NCBI GenBank assembly: GCA_964398485.1
Contig: CAYNMD010000003.1
Coordinates: 1,334-65,333 of the forward strand
Length of the DNA: 64,000 nt
Direction of reading: 5' to 3'
From: an uncultured Bdellovibrionales bacterium
GTDB taxonomy: Bacteria; Patescibacteriota; Minisyncoccia; Moranbacterales; UBA1568
In this document: in pieces, positions 31,344 to 41,429 of the stretch
Layout: each line of letters opens with the position of its first letter
Position numbering within the stretch: position 1 is the stretch's first letter
Program-made: the position numbers and the translations under genes
The notes under the pieces: model-generated
What the model saw: the letters and a program-made list of their open reading frames with translations, nothing else
Database searches by the model: none
Told to the model about the DNA's origin: nothing

Positions 31344-31931
31344 ATGTCCATCTCCTCTCAGCAAGTAGCACAGCTTGAAGCGCTCCTCTATGTGAGCGGT
31401 GAAGCCTTAGAAAAAAAGAAGATTGAAGAACTTCTTGATGTGAGCGCAGAGGAGCTTGCTTCCGTTATAGCAGTGCTTCATGAGCGGTATCAGGACAGCC
31501 ATTCTGGTCTTATGCTTATTGAACATGGTAGTGTCCTTGAAATTGCTACCAAGCCAGATCATGCTACTGTAATTGAGAAATTTACTAAAAGTTTTTTGCA
31601 GGAAAATCTCTCTAAGGCAGCCCTTGAAGTATTGGCTATTATTGCCTACCGAGGGCCGATTACTCGGGCTGCTATTGAATCAATTCGAGGGGTGAATTGC
31701 AGTTTTACTTTACGTAATCTTTTGATTCGGGGACTGATCACTCGGGAAGAGAATCCAGAAGATAACCGAGAGTATGTCTATACAGCTTCACTGTCTTTAC
31801 TTGAAAAACTTGGTATTGCCTCCCAAAATGAGCTACCTGATTTTTCAACACTTTCTCAGGACGTGAGATTGCAAGAGTCGAAGTCGGTGGAGGATACAGC
31901 AAGTCAAAATACTACTCAAACTGTTTCATGA
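31344..31931 (+). CDS. scpB: Segregation/condensation protein B
   Basis: LEALL...GE, LS.AALE.LAIIAY.GP.TR..I..IRGVN. Confidence 0.93.
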   Translation: MSISSQQVAQLEALLYVSGEALEKKKIEELLDVSAEELASVIAVLHERYQDSHSGLMLIEHGSVLEIATKPDHATVIEKFTKSFLQENLSKAALEVLAIIAYRGPITRAAIESIRGVNCSFTLRNLLIRGLITREENPEDNREYVYTASLSLLEKLGIASQNELPDFSTLSQDVRLQESKSVEDTASQNTTQTVS

Positions 31932-32965
31932 TGATACGATTTCTTTTTTTGTTACTCATGATAGGTGTTACTTGGGGGGCGTGGATTTTAAAGGAACGTC
32001 CGCAGTTTCTTTTGGATATTGCTCTTGGTGAATGGGGAATACTCAGTAAATGGGTTGCTCCTCCTGCACCGTCCGCAGTACCAGAAGCTCCTTTTGCGTC
32101 TATTCCTTTTATTGCTGAGAATCGGGGAGCCTCGGCAGTTTTTCAGCCACATCTGCGAGATTTTGCACCCCGTCTTTCGGTGCCAACAGCTCATGCCGCT
32201 ATTCTGCTTGATGCCGAGACAGGAAAGGAACTCTATGCTCGAAATGCTCACGACCGACGTCAGGTAGCCTCTCTTACCAAACTTTTTACCGCGCTCATTG
32301 TAGCAGAACAAATTAAAGATTTGGAGACACTTGTGACTATTGATGAAGAAGCAGTTTATGCTGATGGTACGCGAGTGGGTTGTCCCCGATCTGGCTTTTG
32401 TAATGGAGTAAGACTTCAAGTGGGTGAACAGATAACAGTTCGTAACCTTCTTAAGGCGGCTCTTATGAATAGTGCGAATGACGCCGCCACAGCGCTAGGA
32501 AAACATCTCGGAGGATCAGTATCGGGTTTTGCTGTCATAATGAACAAGCGAGCAGTTGAACTTGGTCTTACTGATTCTCATTTTTGCACCCCGTCAGGAT
32601 TGGAGATAGATGGCCAAGAGTCTGAATGTTATTCTAGTGCTACTGATATGGCTAAAGTGGCTGCTGCTAGTTTGAAACACCCTATTTTGTGGGATATTAT
32701 GCAGTTGAAAGAGACCATTATTACCTCCCATGATGGTTCCCGAGAGCATGAGCTTTTTAACACTAATCAACTTTTAGGTTCGATGCCCAACCTCCTTGGG
32801 ACAAAAACTGGATTTACCCCTATGGCTGGGTATTCACTGCTAGCGGTTGCTAATCATCCTGATGGAAATCATCCAGTAGTTGCGGTAGTGCTCAATGATC
32901 CATATCGTTGGGAGAGTATCCAATCTATGTTTTCTTGGAGTTTTCAGGCTTATGATTGGATATGA
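31928..32965 (+). CDS. D-alanyl-D-alanine carboxypeptidase (S11)
   Basis: ASLTK (SxxK), SAND (SxN), KTGFT. Confidence 0.88.
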   Translation: MMIRFLFLLLMIGVTWGAWILKERPQFLLDIALGEWGILSKWVAPPAPSAVPEAPFASIPFIAENRGASAVFQPHLRDFAPRLSVPTAHAAILLDAETGKELYARNAHDRRQVASLTKLFTALIVAEQIKDLETLVTIDEEAVYADGTRVGCPRSGFCNGVRLQVGEQITVRNLLKAALMNSANDAATALGKHLGGSVSGFAVIMNKRAVELGLTDSHFCTPSGLEIDGQESECYSSATDMAKVAAASLKHPILWDIMQLKETIITSHDGSREHELFNTNQLLGSMPNLLGTKTGFTPMAGYSLLAVANHPDGNHPVVAVVLNDPYRWESIQSMFSWSFQAYDWI

Positions 32966-33013
32966 TGATGTCTCTTGTTTGCTACTTTAGTTTTAGTGTA
33001 TAGAAATACTTCT

Positions 33014-34123
33014 ATGGATTCTCTTGCTCTAGCTCAGTTTCAGAATTTACCAGTCGTGATGAATGTCGTTAAGGTGCTCATGACAGGGCTTCTTTCATTT
33101 ATTCTTGCTTTTCTTCTGACCCCTCTCTGGACCCATATCTTGTATAAGTACAAAATTGGTATTCGAATTAAAGAGAATGGGGTGAGTGGTGACAAACTTA
33201 CTTTTGTTTCAAAGCTTCACGCCTGGAAGGCTGGTACTCCAACAATGGGAGGCCTTATTGTGTGGGCTACGGTTCTTATTTTAGCTCTGGCATCAGAGTG
33301 GATATTCCCTTGGGTGGCTCAACTTTTGGATATAAATTTCATTGCTAGACTTGATTTCCTGAAGCGTTCACAGACTTGGCTACCGCTTTTCACCTTAGTT
33401 ATGGCTGGTCTTCTGGGACTTTTGGATGATTACATGAGTGTGCGAGGTAAGGGGACAAATAAAGGCGGGGGAATGCGGTTCCTATTTCGATTTTGGTGGT
33501 TGTTTGCCATTGCTGGATTAGGCGCCTGGTGGTTTTATTCCAAGCTTGGCTGGGATACTCTGCATCTCCCTGCAATTGGTGACTTTACTATTGGTTGGTG
33601 GTATATCCCACTCTTCTTATTTGTGATTCTTTTTACGGCTATTTCTTCCAATGAAACTGACGGTCTGGATGGTCTCAATGGCGGAGTACTGCTTATGGCC
33701 TTTAGTTCTTTTGCTCTTCTTGCTTTTATGCATAACAAGGTTGATTTGGCGAGTTTCTGTGCGGCGGTAGCCGGAGCACTTATGGCTTTCCTTTGGTTTA
33801 ATGTGTATCCAGCTCGTTTCTTTATGGGTGATACGGGCGCTATTTCACTTGGAACTACTCTTGGGGTAGTGGCAATGCTGACAAATTCTGCTCTCGTTCT
33901 TTTTATTATCGTCTTTGTGTATCTTCTGGAGTCAGGTAGTGTTGCTCTACAGCTTTTTTCGAAGCGTTTTTTGGGAAGAAAGATATTCTTGGCGGCGCCA
34001 CTCCATCATCACTTTGAAGCTAGGGGTTGGCCAGAACCAAAAGTGGTTATGCGGGCTTGGATTTTTACCGCACTGACAGCTTTACTTGGAGTTATTGTGG
34101 GGATTGTTGGTATGGGACAATGA
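33014..34123 (+). CDS. mraY: Phospho-N-acetylmuramoyl-pentapeptide transferase
   Basis: K.GTPTMGG, LLDD, NETDGLDGL, FMGDTG, APLHHHFE..GW.E. Confidence 0.93.
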   Translation: MDSLALAQFQNLPVVMNVVKVLMTGLLSFILAFLLTPLWTHILYKYKIGIRIKENGVSGDKLTFVSKLHAWKAGTPTMGGLIVWATVLILALASEWIFPWVAQLLDINFIARLDFLKRSQTWLPLFTLVMAGLLGLLDDYMSVRGKGTNKGGGMRFLFRFWWLFAIAGLGAWWFYSKLGWDTLHLPAIGDFTIGWWYIPLFLFVILFTAISSNETDGLDGLNGGVLLMAFSSFALLAFMHNKVDLASFCAAVAGALMAFLWFNVYPARFFMGDTGAISLGTTLGVVAMLTNSALVLFIIVFVYLLESGSVALQLFSKRFLGRKIFLAAPLHHHFEARGWPEPKVVMRAWIFTALTALLGVIVGIVGMGQ

Positions 34124-34144
34124 AATAAATAACAATTGTATATT

Positions 34145-35200
34145 ATGGCGTTGCGCGAGTTAGCTACCCTAGATGTTTCAGGGAAAAAAGTATTAGTGAG
34201 AGTTGATTTCAACGTTGAATTGAAGGATGTTGCTCATGTTCAGGAGGGCTACAAACTTGAGGTGGCGAAAAAAACAATTGATACCCTGTTCAAACTTGGA
34301 GCGAAACAAGTAGCTCTCCTTACTCATTTTGGAAGACCAAAGGGTGATCGTGACCCTGCTCATTCAACGCAACAGATTGTTTCAGAGGTCGCTCGTGTCC
34401 TGGATCGCGAGGTTGTTTTTGTTCCCGATTGTATTGGTGATGAGGTCTCAAAAGCACTCGTTGTGGTACCAAGTAATGCAGTGCTCCTTTTAGAAAATGT
34501 ACGTTTTTATTCTGAAGAAGAGGCTAATGATGAATTATTTGCTCAAGCATTGGCTAAACCATTTGATGTTTATGTCAATGAGGCTTTTGGGGTATGCCAT
34601 CGAGCCCATGCCTCAGTAGTGCGTCTCCCAGGACTTCTTCCGAGCGCAGCAGGCCTTCATCTTATGGAGGAGCTGACTCGATTGGATGCTATTAAAGAAT
34701 CTCCTGCTCGACCAGCAGTGGCTATTATTGGAGGGGCAAAGATTGAGACAAAGCTTCCTTTGATCCAGGCTTTTGCAGAAAGTTATGATTGTGTTTTAGT
34801 AGGTGGAAAAATTGCTAATGAAGCCTTGGATCAGAACCTTTCGTTTAATGATAAGGTTCTTTTGCCAAAAGATTTTGACTCACCAAATCGTTTTGATATA
34901 GGACCGACGACAGCGGCTTATTACGCTCAGATAATTAAAAAGGCCAAAACTATTGTTTGGAATGGTCCAATGGGAAAGTTTGAGGAAAAACCTTATGATA
35001 TTGGTACGAAGCTTGTTTTGGAGGCTATTCTTGAAAGTGAGGCAAATGTAGTGATTGGTGGAGGTGAGTCATTAGCGATTCTTGAAGAGGTTGGTGTGTT
35101 CCATAAAATTGGCTTTGTTTCGAGTGGTGGTGGGGCTATGCTGGAGTATCTTTCAGGGCATGCTTTACCAGGGTTGGAAGCGCTCCGCATGACACAATAA
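34145..35200 (+). CDS. pgk: Phosphoglycerate kinase
   Basis: RVDFNV, HFGRP, LENVRF, HRAHAS, GGAK, WNGPMG.FE, SGGGA.LE. Confidence 0.95.
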   Translation: MALRELATLDVSGKKVLVRVDFNVELKDVAHVQEGYKLEVAKKTIDTLFKLGAKQVALLTHFGRPKGDRDPAHSTQQIVSEVARVLDREVVFVPDCIGDEVSKALVVVPSNAVLLLENVRFYSEEEANDELFAQALAKPFDVYVNEAFGVCHRAHASVVRLPGLLPSAAGLHLMEELTRLDAIKESPARPAVAIIGGAKIETKLPLIQAFAESYDCVLVGGKIANEALDQNLSFNDKVLLPKDFDSPNRFDIGPTTAAYYAQIIKKAKTIVWNGPMGKFEEKPYDIGTKLVLEAILESEANVVIGGGESLAILEEVGVFHKIGFVSSGGGAMLEYLSGHALPGLEALRMTQ

Positions 35201-35224
35201 TTTTATCCTTTTTACGTTTGATGT

Positions 35225-36511
35225 ATGTCAAAGATTCAGATGGTGCAAGCTCGTGAAATTCTTGACTCTCGTGGAAACCCAACCGTGGAAGCTTTCGTCT
35301 CTCTTGAAGATGGCACAAAAGCGAGTGCTTCGGTACCATCTGGGGCTTCAACTGGCACCCATGAGGCTTGGGAACTTCGAGATGGAGATTTGGGCCGTTA
35401 CCGTGGTCAAGGGGTGTTACGGGCGGTGAACTATATTAATACAGAGATAGCTGAGCGCGTAAAAGGAATGGAGGCCGCGGAACAATTTTTGATTGATACT
35501 GCCATGAAAGAACTTGATGGCACTGAAAATAAATCTCGTTTAGGAGCGAATGCTATTCTAGGGGTTTCCCTAGCGGTGTGCCGGGCTGCAGCTCACAGCG
35601 CTAAAATTCCTCTCTACCAACATATTGCTATGCTTACAGAGAGAGAGCTAAAGAGCTTATCTTTACCGATGCCCATGTTTAATATTGTGAACGGTGGGAA
35701 GCATAGTAATTCTGGATTATCTGTCCAAGAATTTAAAGTGGTTCCAATGGGGGTTGTTGGGTATCGTGAGCAACTTCGAGCAGGTAGCGAGATTTTTCAT
35801 GCGTTGGCTGACATTCTTGATGAGGCGGGATTTCAGACGAGCGTTGGTGATGAGGGTGGTTTTGCTCCACGACTAGAAAGTCATGAGCGTCAACTGGAGA
35901 TGATTAGTCAAGCTATTGAAAAAGCAGGCTATACACGTGGGAAGGAGATATTTCTCGATCTCGATGTTGCTGCTCAATCATTTTACGACAAAGAAAAGGA
36001 GAGTTATGTTCTTCTGCCAGAAGGGGTGGTTTTGTCTCGAGATAATCTTATCAATCTCTACCGTGAATGGATCGACCGTTTTGATATTATCTCACTTGAA
36101 GATGGTCTTCATGAGGAGGACTGGTCCGGTTGGGCGGTTATGAAAGAAAAACTTTTAGCTCAGCCAACCAAACTGGGTAGCGAAGTGATGCTGGTAGGTG
36201 ATGATCTTTTAGTGACTAATTCTCAGCGGCTCGCACGGGCTATTGAAGCGGATGCTTGCAATGCGGTTCTTATCAAAGTTAACCAAATTGGTACTGTTAC
36301 AGAGACTCTCGAATGCATGAAGTTGGCTGAAGAGCATGGGTTTCGTCGAGTTATTTCTCATCGGTCAGGAGAAACAACCGATGATTTTATAGCCGACCTT
36401 GCTGTTGGTGCTGGTGCTGAATATATTAAAACAGGATCCCTTGCCCGCGGAGAACGTCTTGTAAAATATAATCGATTGCTTGTTATTGATGAGGAACTTA
36501 AATCCTTGTAG
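35225..36511 (+). CDS. eno: Enolase
   Basis: DSRGNPT, PSGASTG, GDEGGFAP, GDDL, IKVNQIG, SHRSGET. Confidence 0.97.
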   Translation: MSKIQMVQAREILDSRGNPTVEAFVSLEDGTKASASVPSGASTGTHEAWELRDGDLGRYRGQGVLRAVNYINTEIAERVKGMEAAEQFLIDTAMKELDGTENKSRLGANAILGVSLAVCRAAAHSAKIPLYQHIAMLTERELKSLSLPMPMFNIVNGGKHSNSGLSVQEFKVVPMGVVGYREQLRAGSEIFHALADILDEAGFQTSVGDEGGFAPRLESHERQLEMISQAIEKAGYTRGKEIFLDLDVAAQSFYDKEKESYVLLPEGVVLSRDNLINLYREWIDRFDIISLEDGLHEEDWSGWAVMKEKLLAQPTKLGSEVMLVGDDLLVTNSQRLARAIEADACNAVLIKVNQIGTVTETLECMKLAEEHGFRRVISHRSGETTDDFIADLAVGAGAEYIKTGSLARGERLVKYNRLLVIDEELKSL

Positions 36512-36552
36512 GATACAAAGAGGGTTTTAAAAGTCAAAACAAACATTGATGT

Positions 36553-37563
36553 ATGCGAAGAGTGACTTGTGTTGGCTCGGCTTCGAAAGATATTTTTTTT
36601 CCTACTGCCGAAGGAGTGATTTTTAACACCCCAGAAGATCTTACTTCACAAGTCAAAGTGGCTTTTGAGTTGGGTGGAAAGTTTCGAGTAGATGATCGAT
36701 ATGAGGGAGTTGGCGGCGTAGCTGCCAACGTAGCGGTTGGCCTTGCCCGGTTGGGTATTGAATCACACTGTTATAGCCACCTCGGAGCAGATGATATCGG
36801 AAGGGGGATAAAAAAACTCCTTGAACAAGAGGGGGTAGGGACGGATCTCCTTGAGCTCGATCAGCATGTTCAATCAGATCTCTCAGCTATTGTGGTTATT
36901 ACCCAGACGGGTGATAGGATTATATTTCACAATCGTGATGCTAATGAGAAACTTCAGATTGAACCTGAAAAATTGACTCATACTGACTGGCTCTATATTA
37001 GTTCGCTCAATGGTGATTGGCGAAAAAATTTGGCCAAACTTAGGAAAGTTGCTCAGGAGCGTGGTTTGCGAATGGCGTGTAACCCCGGTCAACATAATAT
37101 CAAGGATGATCCTGCATTAATTTGGGATTGGCTTAGCGAGGTACATGCTTTGTTTTTAAATAAAGATGAGGCTATTGAAATTTTGCTTGCTAATCAAGTC
37201 GAAACGCAATCAGAAAAACTTCAGGATGAGCGGCATTTGCTCGAACTGTTGCGCCAACAAGGACCAGAAGTAGTCGTAATCACCGACGGTAAACGGGGAG
37301 CTTGGGCTGCTGATTACAAGTCAATTTGGCACGCAGAGAGCTTTGAGCCGAATGGGCTTGTTGACACCACTGGTGGTGGAGATGCCTTTGGGTCAGGCTT
37401 TTTTGCTGCATATCTCAAGGGATTTCCTTTGGAAACGTGTATTCAGTACGGGATATGCAACGCTGGTAATGTGGTGGGGTATTATGGCGCAACCCCTGGA
37501 TTATTGGATGAGCAACGGATGCTCCAGTTTATTGATAAAGTTAAACGAACGAAACTCATTTAG
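36553..37563 (+). CDS. PfkB family carbohydrate kinase
   Basis: GGVAANVAVGLARLG, DTTGGGDAFGSGF. Confidence 0.9.
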   Translation: MRRVTCVGSASKDIFFPTAEGVIFNTPEDLTSQVKVAFELGGKFRVDDRYEGVGGVAANVAVGLARLGIESHCYSHLGADDIGRGIKKLLEQEGVGTDLLELDQHVQSDLSAIVVITQTGDRIIFHNRDANEKLQIEPEKLTHTDWLYISSLNGDWRKNLAKLRKVAQERGLRMACNPGQHNIKDDPALIWDWLSEVHALFLNKDEAIEILLANQVETQSEKLQDERHLLELLRQQGPEVVVITDGKRGAWAADYKSIWHAESFEPNGLVDTTGGGDAFGSGFFAAYLKGFPLETCIQYGICNAGNVVGYYGATPGLLDEQRMLQFIDKVKRTKLI

Positions 37564-37591
37564 TGGTATACTGAAAGTACGTACAAAAAGT

Positions 37592-38860
37592 ATGGGTTTT
37601 TTCTCTCGTTTTGGATGGGGTCAGCGTGAAAATCTTTTTCTCGCACTCGATATTGGTACCGAGGTGGTCAAAGCCCTCGTTTTTCGGGTTGATTCTGAAA
37701 CTCGTACAGGTCAGGTTATCGGTGTTGGAAGAGCCCCACAACGTGTAGGCAATATGCAAAGTGGTGCCGTCTCGGATATTAATGGTGTTATTCTCTCATC
37801 GCGAGAAGCTATAGAGCTTGCCAAAGAGCATGCTCAGGTGAAACATGTTGAAAAAAGTATCATTGGTGTTGCTGGAGAACTTGTGAAAGGAACTACTACA
37901 ACTGTGCATTATGAGCGAGTAAATCCCGAAGTTAAGATCGGTATTCCCGAATTAAAAATGATCATCGGTAAGGTGCAAGAAAAAGCCTATGAGCGTATCA
38001 AAAAACAACTTGCCTGGGAAACTGATCAACAAGATATAGAGGTGAAGCTCATTAATGCGGCGTTGGTGGATGTACGGATTGATGGTTATCACGTAGTGAA
38101 CCCATTTAACTTTCAAGGGAAAGATGTATCGATGAGTGTTTTTAATGCTTATGCACCGATGGTTCATCTTGGAGCACTACAGACAATAGCTGATGAACTT
38201 GATCTCGACCTGCTTTCTATTGTAGCGGAGCCATTTGCGGTGGCGCGATCGGTAGAGGTGGAAGACATGCTTGATTTCAGTGCTATCTTTATCGATATTG
38301 GCGGCGGAACAACTGATATTGCTGTAGTGCGGAACGGGGGATTGGAGGGAACGAAAATGTTTGCTCTTGGAGGAAGAGCTTTTACAAAACGCATTGCTCA
38401 GGAATTTTCAATCAAGTATGAACAAGCGGAGCAGATGAAGCTTGACTATTCATCACGTCGTCTCAAGCCAGAGGATACTGATCGGATCAAGGCTCTTTTT
38501 ACCGATGACTGTCGCGTGTGGCTCGGTGGGGTAGAACTTTCCCTGGTTGAATTTGCAGAAACAGATCTCTTGCCATCAAAAATCTATCTCTGTGGTGGTG
38601 GGTCGGCCCTTCCTGAAATCAAACAAGCTCTCCTTTCCCAAGATTGGTTTAAACACCTCCCTTTTGCCCGACCACCGGAAGTTTCTTTTCTTCAGCCAAA
38701 AGATATTCGTCGGGTAGAAGACCTTACCGGTCAACTAGTTACCCCGCAGGATGTTACTCCGCTTGGATTAGCTCACCTAGCTCTTATTGAGGCGCTCGAA
38801 GAAGAGAAAATGCTGGCGGGGATTCTTCAGGATAGTATGCACTCGCTTGAACGAAGATAG
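37592..38860 (+). CDS. FtsA-like actin-fold ATPase
   Basis: ALDIGTE.VK, AEP.A, IDIGGGTTDIA, LCGGGS; start moved to ATG 37592. Confidence 0.8.
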   Translation: MGFFSRFGWGQRENLFLALDIGTEVVKALVFRVDSETRTGQVIGVGRAPQRVGNMQSGAVSDINGVILSSREAIELAKEHAQVKHVEKSIIGVAGELVKGTTTTVHYERVNPEVKIGIPELKMIIGKVQEKAYERIKKQLAWETDQQDIEVKLINAALVDVRIDGYHVVNPFNFQGKDVSMSVFNAYAPMVHLGALQTIADELDLDLLSIVAEPFAVARSVEVEDMLDFSAIFIDIGGGTTDIAVVRNGGLEGTKMFALGGRAFTKRIAQEFSIKYEQAEQMKLDYSSRRLKPEDTDRIKALFTDDCRVWLGGVELSLVEFAETDLLPSKIYLCGGGSALPEIKQALLSQDWFKHLPFARPPEVSFLQPKDIRRVEDLTGQLVTPQDVTPLGLAHLALIEALEEEKMLAGILQDSMHSLERR

Positions 38861-38877
38861 TCCGATATCATAAACAT

Positions 38878-40845
38878 ATGCGTGAAACGCACTATATAGA
38901 TATTGATGAGGAAATAATTACCGCGGTAAGTCGCCTGCGACATTCGAACCAGGTGGAGAACGTTTTTGTTTTCCCTAAGCGAGCCCTGATTCTCCAAAGC
39001 ATTGTAAATCTACGTCTTTTGGAAAGAGAGGCTCAAAAACTTGGAAAAAAAATCATTATTACTACTCAGGATGAGGCTGGGAAAAAGCTAGCCGAGCGAG
39101 CGGGATTAATGGTTGAGGCTTACAGTGAAAGAGTCCCTCTCGAGCACATTATTCCTCAGCAGAAAATTACGAGTGAGCCAATACCTGTAAACGGAGCTGC
39201 TAAATCATCCCTAATGAGTCCTGCTTCGATTCCTGTTACGAGCGAGACATTAGGGAGTTCCGATTTCTATGCCCCTCCTCAGGTTATTTCACCATCAGAT
39301 CAAGGAATGCCACTCACCCAGGAATCAGCTTCCATTCGTCAGACAATGCCATTACCTCGACCTATTCGAGTTCGCAATTCTAATCCCTCCACTCTTACGA
39401 GCCTCAACTCTATGCGAAGCGACGGGGTAGTAGCGCGACCACCAATCAATCCAGTAACACGGCAGGCGCCAACATCTCCGGTGACTCGTCCAATCCCGAT
39501 GGTTCAAGAGGAAAAAAGTCACGCTGCACCACTTCAGACACCAGTATCAATTCGCCAGGGACGCCTAGAAAGATTCATGGGGGGCAATAATCAATCAATA
39601 GCAAAGAGTGTACCTCCAACCAAGGAACGAGAAGTATCTACGGAAAGATATTCTTCATCAAGTAAACGAGGTGGCGACAGCACCTCATTTCGTTGGGCAA
39701 TTCCTTTCGGGATAATGCTTTTTATTGGAGGTATCGGTTTCTTGGGCTGGTATGTTTTCTTTCCAAAAGTTGTTATTACGCTTACCCCTCAATCTGCTGA
39801 ACAGGTCGTAAAATTACAAATATCGGCTGCTGCTGGATCTGGTGACGCTGCTACCGTTGCTGCTCGGGTGATAAGTTTTGAAAAAACGTTTCAGACAAAG
39901 GATTCGGCAACGGGCACAGCTGCTGCTGGTGATGCGAGTAAGGCTCGGGGGAGTATCCGTATTTATAATGATTTTAGTAGTGATAGCCAACCCTTGGTAG
40001 CAACAACGCGATTTGAAACTGCTGATGGAAAAATATTTCGTCTGGTCCAAAGTGTTGTGGTCCCTGGGGTAAAGGAGAAGGATGGGAAGCGTGAACGAGG
40101 AGTAGTAGAGGCGGTTGTGGTAGCTGATCAGGCTGGGTCTCAGTATAATGTTTCTCCAACCAAATTTACTATCCCTGGATTTAAAGGAGGGTCAAAGTAT
40201 GAAAAATTTAGCGCTGAATCAGTTCAAAAATTTAATGGAGGGAGTGATGGCGGGGTCGGTGGAGGTACGACGCAAAAACTGGTTTCAAATGACGACAAAG
40301 AGCGAGCGGCTAAAAAAACAATCGATGAATCTCGCTCACATGTTCTTGAAGAGGTGAGAAAGCAGCTTGGAGAGGAAGAAGAGCTTCTTGAAGATTCTCT
40401 TTTGATTGAGAAGATTTCTGATACCGTTACACCGACGGTAGGGAGTGCGGCGGCAGAATTTACTTACGAAGGACGTTATTTAGTTAAGGTTTTTGTTATC
40501 AATGAAACCGAAGTGAAAAAAAGAATTGAGGCAGAAAGAGTGAATGCCTCCGGGGTAAGTCTCTCTCCGAAAGCATATACTAAAAAATACACGGCACTCC
40601 TTCCAAAGTATGAAACCAGCCAGGTGGATATGACCGTGGAGAGTACCATTCTCTTTGAAGCACCCATTGATATAGCAATGGTTCGTCAAAATCTCTTGGG
40701 TAGGAATGAGGCTGGAATCAAAGAATTTCTAGGATCTCACCCAGAAATTGAGCGGCTTCAGGTAGAGTTTAAACCGCAACTTCTCGTCTCCACTATCCCC
40801 GAAGATGCAGATCGGGTTGAGGTGGAGCTACTTACAGCTCAGTAG
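38878..40845 (+). CDS. Membrane protein with baseplate-J/gp47-like extracellular domain
   Basis: Low-complexity linker, one TM, A.G.I.IYN....Q.LV..TRF, V.AD..G..YN pattern. Confidence 0.55.
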   Translation: MRETHYIDIDEEIITAVSRLRHSNQVENVFVFPKRALILQSIVNLRLLEREAQKLGKKIIITTQDEAGKKLAERAGLMVEAYSERVPLEHIIPQQKITSEPIPVNGAAKSSLMSPASIPVTSETLGSSDFYAPPQVISPSDQGMPLTQESASIRQTMPLPRPIRVRNSNPSTLTSLNSMRSDGVVARPPINPVTRQAPTSPVTRPIPMVQEEKSHAAPLQTPVSIRQGRLERFMGGNNQSIAKSVPPTKEREVSTERYSSSSKRGGDSTSFRWAIPFGIMLFIGGIGFLGWYVFFPKVVITLTPQSAEQVVKLQISAAAGSGDAATVAARVISFEKTFQTKDSATGTAAAGDASKARGSIRIYNDFSSDSQPLVATTRFETADGKIFRLVQSVVVPGVKEKDGKRERGVVEAVVVADQAGSQYNVSPTKFTIPGFKGGSKYEKFSAESVQKFNGGSDGGVGGGTTQKLVSNDDKERAAKKTIDESRSHVLEEVRKQLGEEEELLEDSLLIEKISDTVTPTVGSAAAEFTYEGRYLVKVFVINETEVKKRIEAERVNASGVSLSPKAYTKKYTALLPKYETSQVDMTVESTILFEAPIDIAMVRQNLLGRNEAGIKEFLGSHPEIERLQVEFKPQLLVSTIPEDADRVEVELLTAQ

Positions 40846-40926
40846 TACTGAGAATAGCTGATTGATAAAAATATGATTTTTTGGTAAGCTGTCTTCGCTT
40901 CGGATTTTCTCTATTAAAGAATTCTT

Positions 40927-41196
40927 ATGGCTAGTGAACCATCACAAGAAGAGCTCGATAGACGCCAGAGCCGAAGGAGAATTGAGAGTGACCTGTTTGC
41001 TCTTGAAGCTGAAAGTTCTGGTATGGTTCGTCGTCGTGATGATCAGATAGTCTTACTACAAAATTTGCGTCAAAAAGAACGTTTGGCTCAGGCTCAAGTT
41101 ACTGAGGCTGAAACTGAACTTGAGAGATTTGAAGCAAGAATTCTTGAGAAGCAGGGGGAAATCGACCGTCTAAAGAAGAAACTTCGTCTTTTATGA
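40927..41196 (+). CDS. Coiled-coil hypothetical protein
   Basis: Heptad-rich ORF in operon position. Confidence 0.55.
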   Translation: MASEPSQEELDRRQSRRRIESDLFALEAESSGMVRRRDDQIVLLQNLRQKERLAQAQVTEAETELERFEARILEKQGEIDRLKKKLRLL

Positions 41197-41411
41197 CTCA
41201 GGATACCTATCTTCGTATAGTAAAGCAGGTATTAGCAACCGATTCGAGTGTTCGGGTCTATGATTCTCATCAATCAAAACTCAATTCTTTAGCGAGGCGC
41301 GTTGCTCGGGGGGAGTGCTCTCCAAAAGATACTATTGCTGATATCGAGAGTATTTTTCATCCTTGGATAAGCCGATCGCTTAAAGAGAGTCTTGAAAGAG
41401 CTCTTCGTTAA
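41193..41411 (+). CDS. Hypothetical protein
   Basis: ATGA overlap with upstream ORF. Confidence 0.5.
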   Translation: MTQDTYLRIVKQVLATDSSVRVYDSHQSKLNSLARRVARGECSPKDTIADIESIFHPWISRSLKESLERALR

Positions 41412-41429
41412 TCTATACCACTACCAGTT

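Noticed and set aside
38878-40845. Prophage
   Set aside because: No terminase, capsid, integrase or tail genes nearby.
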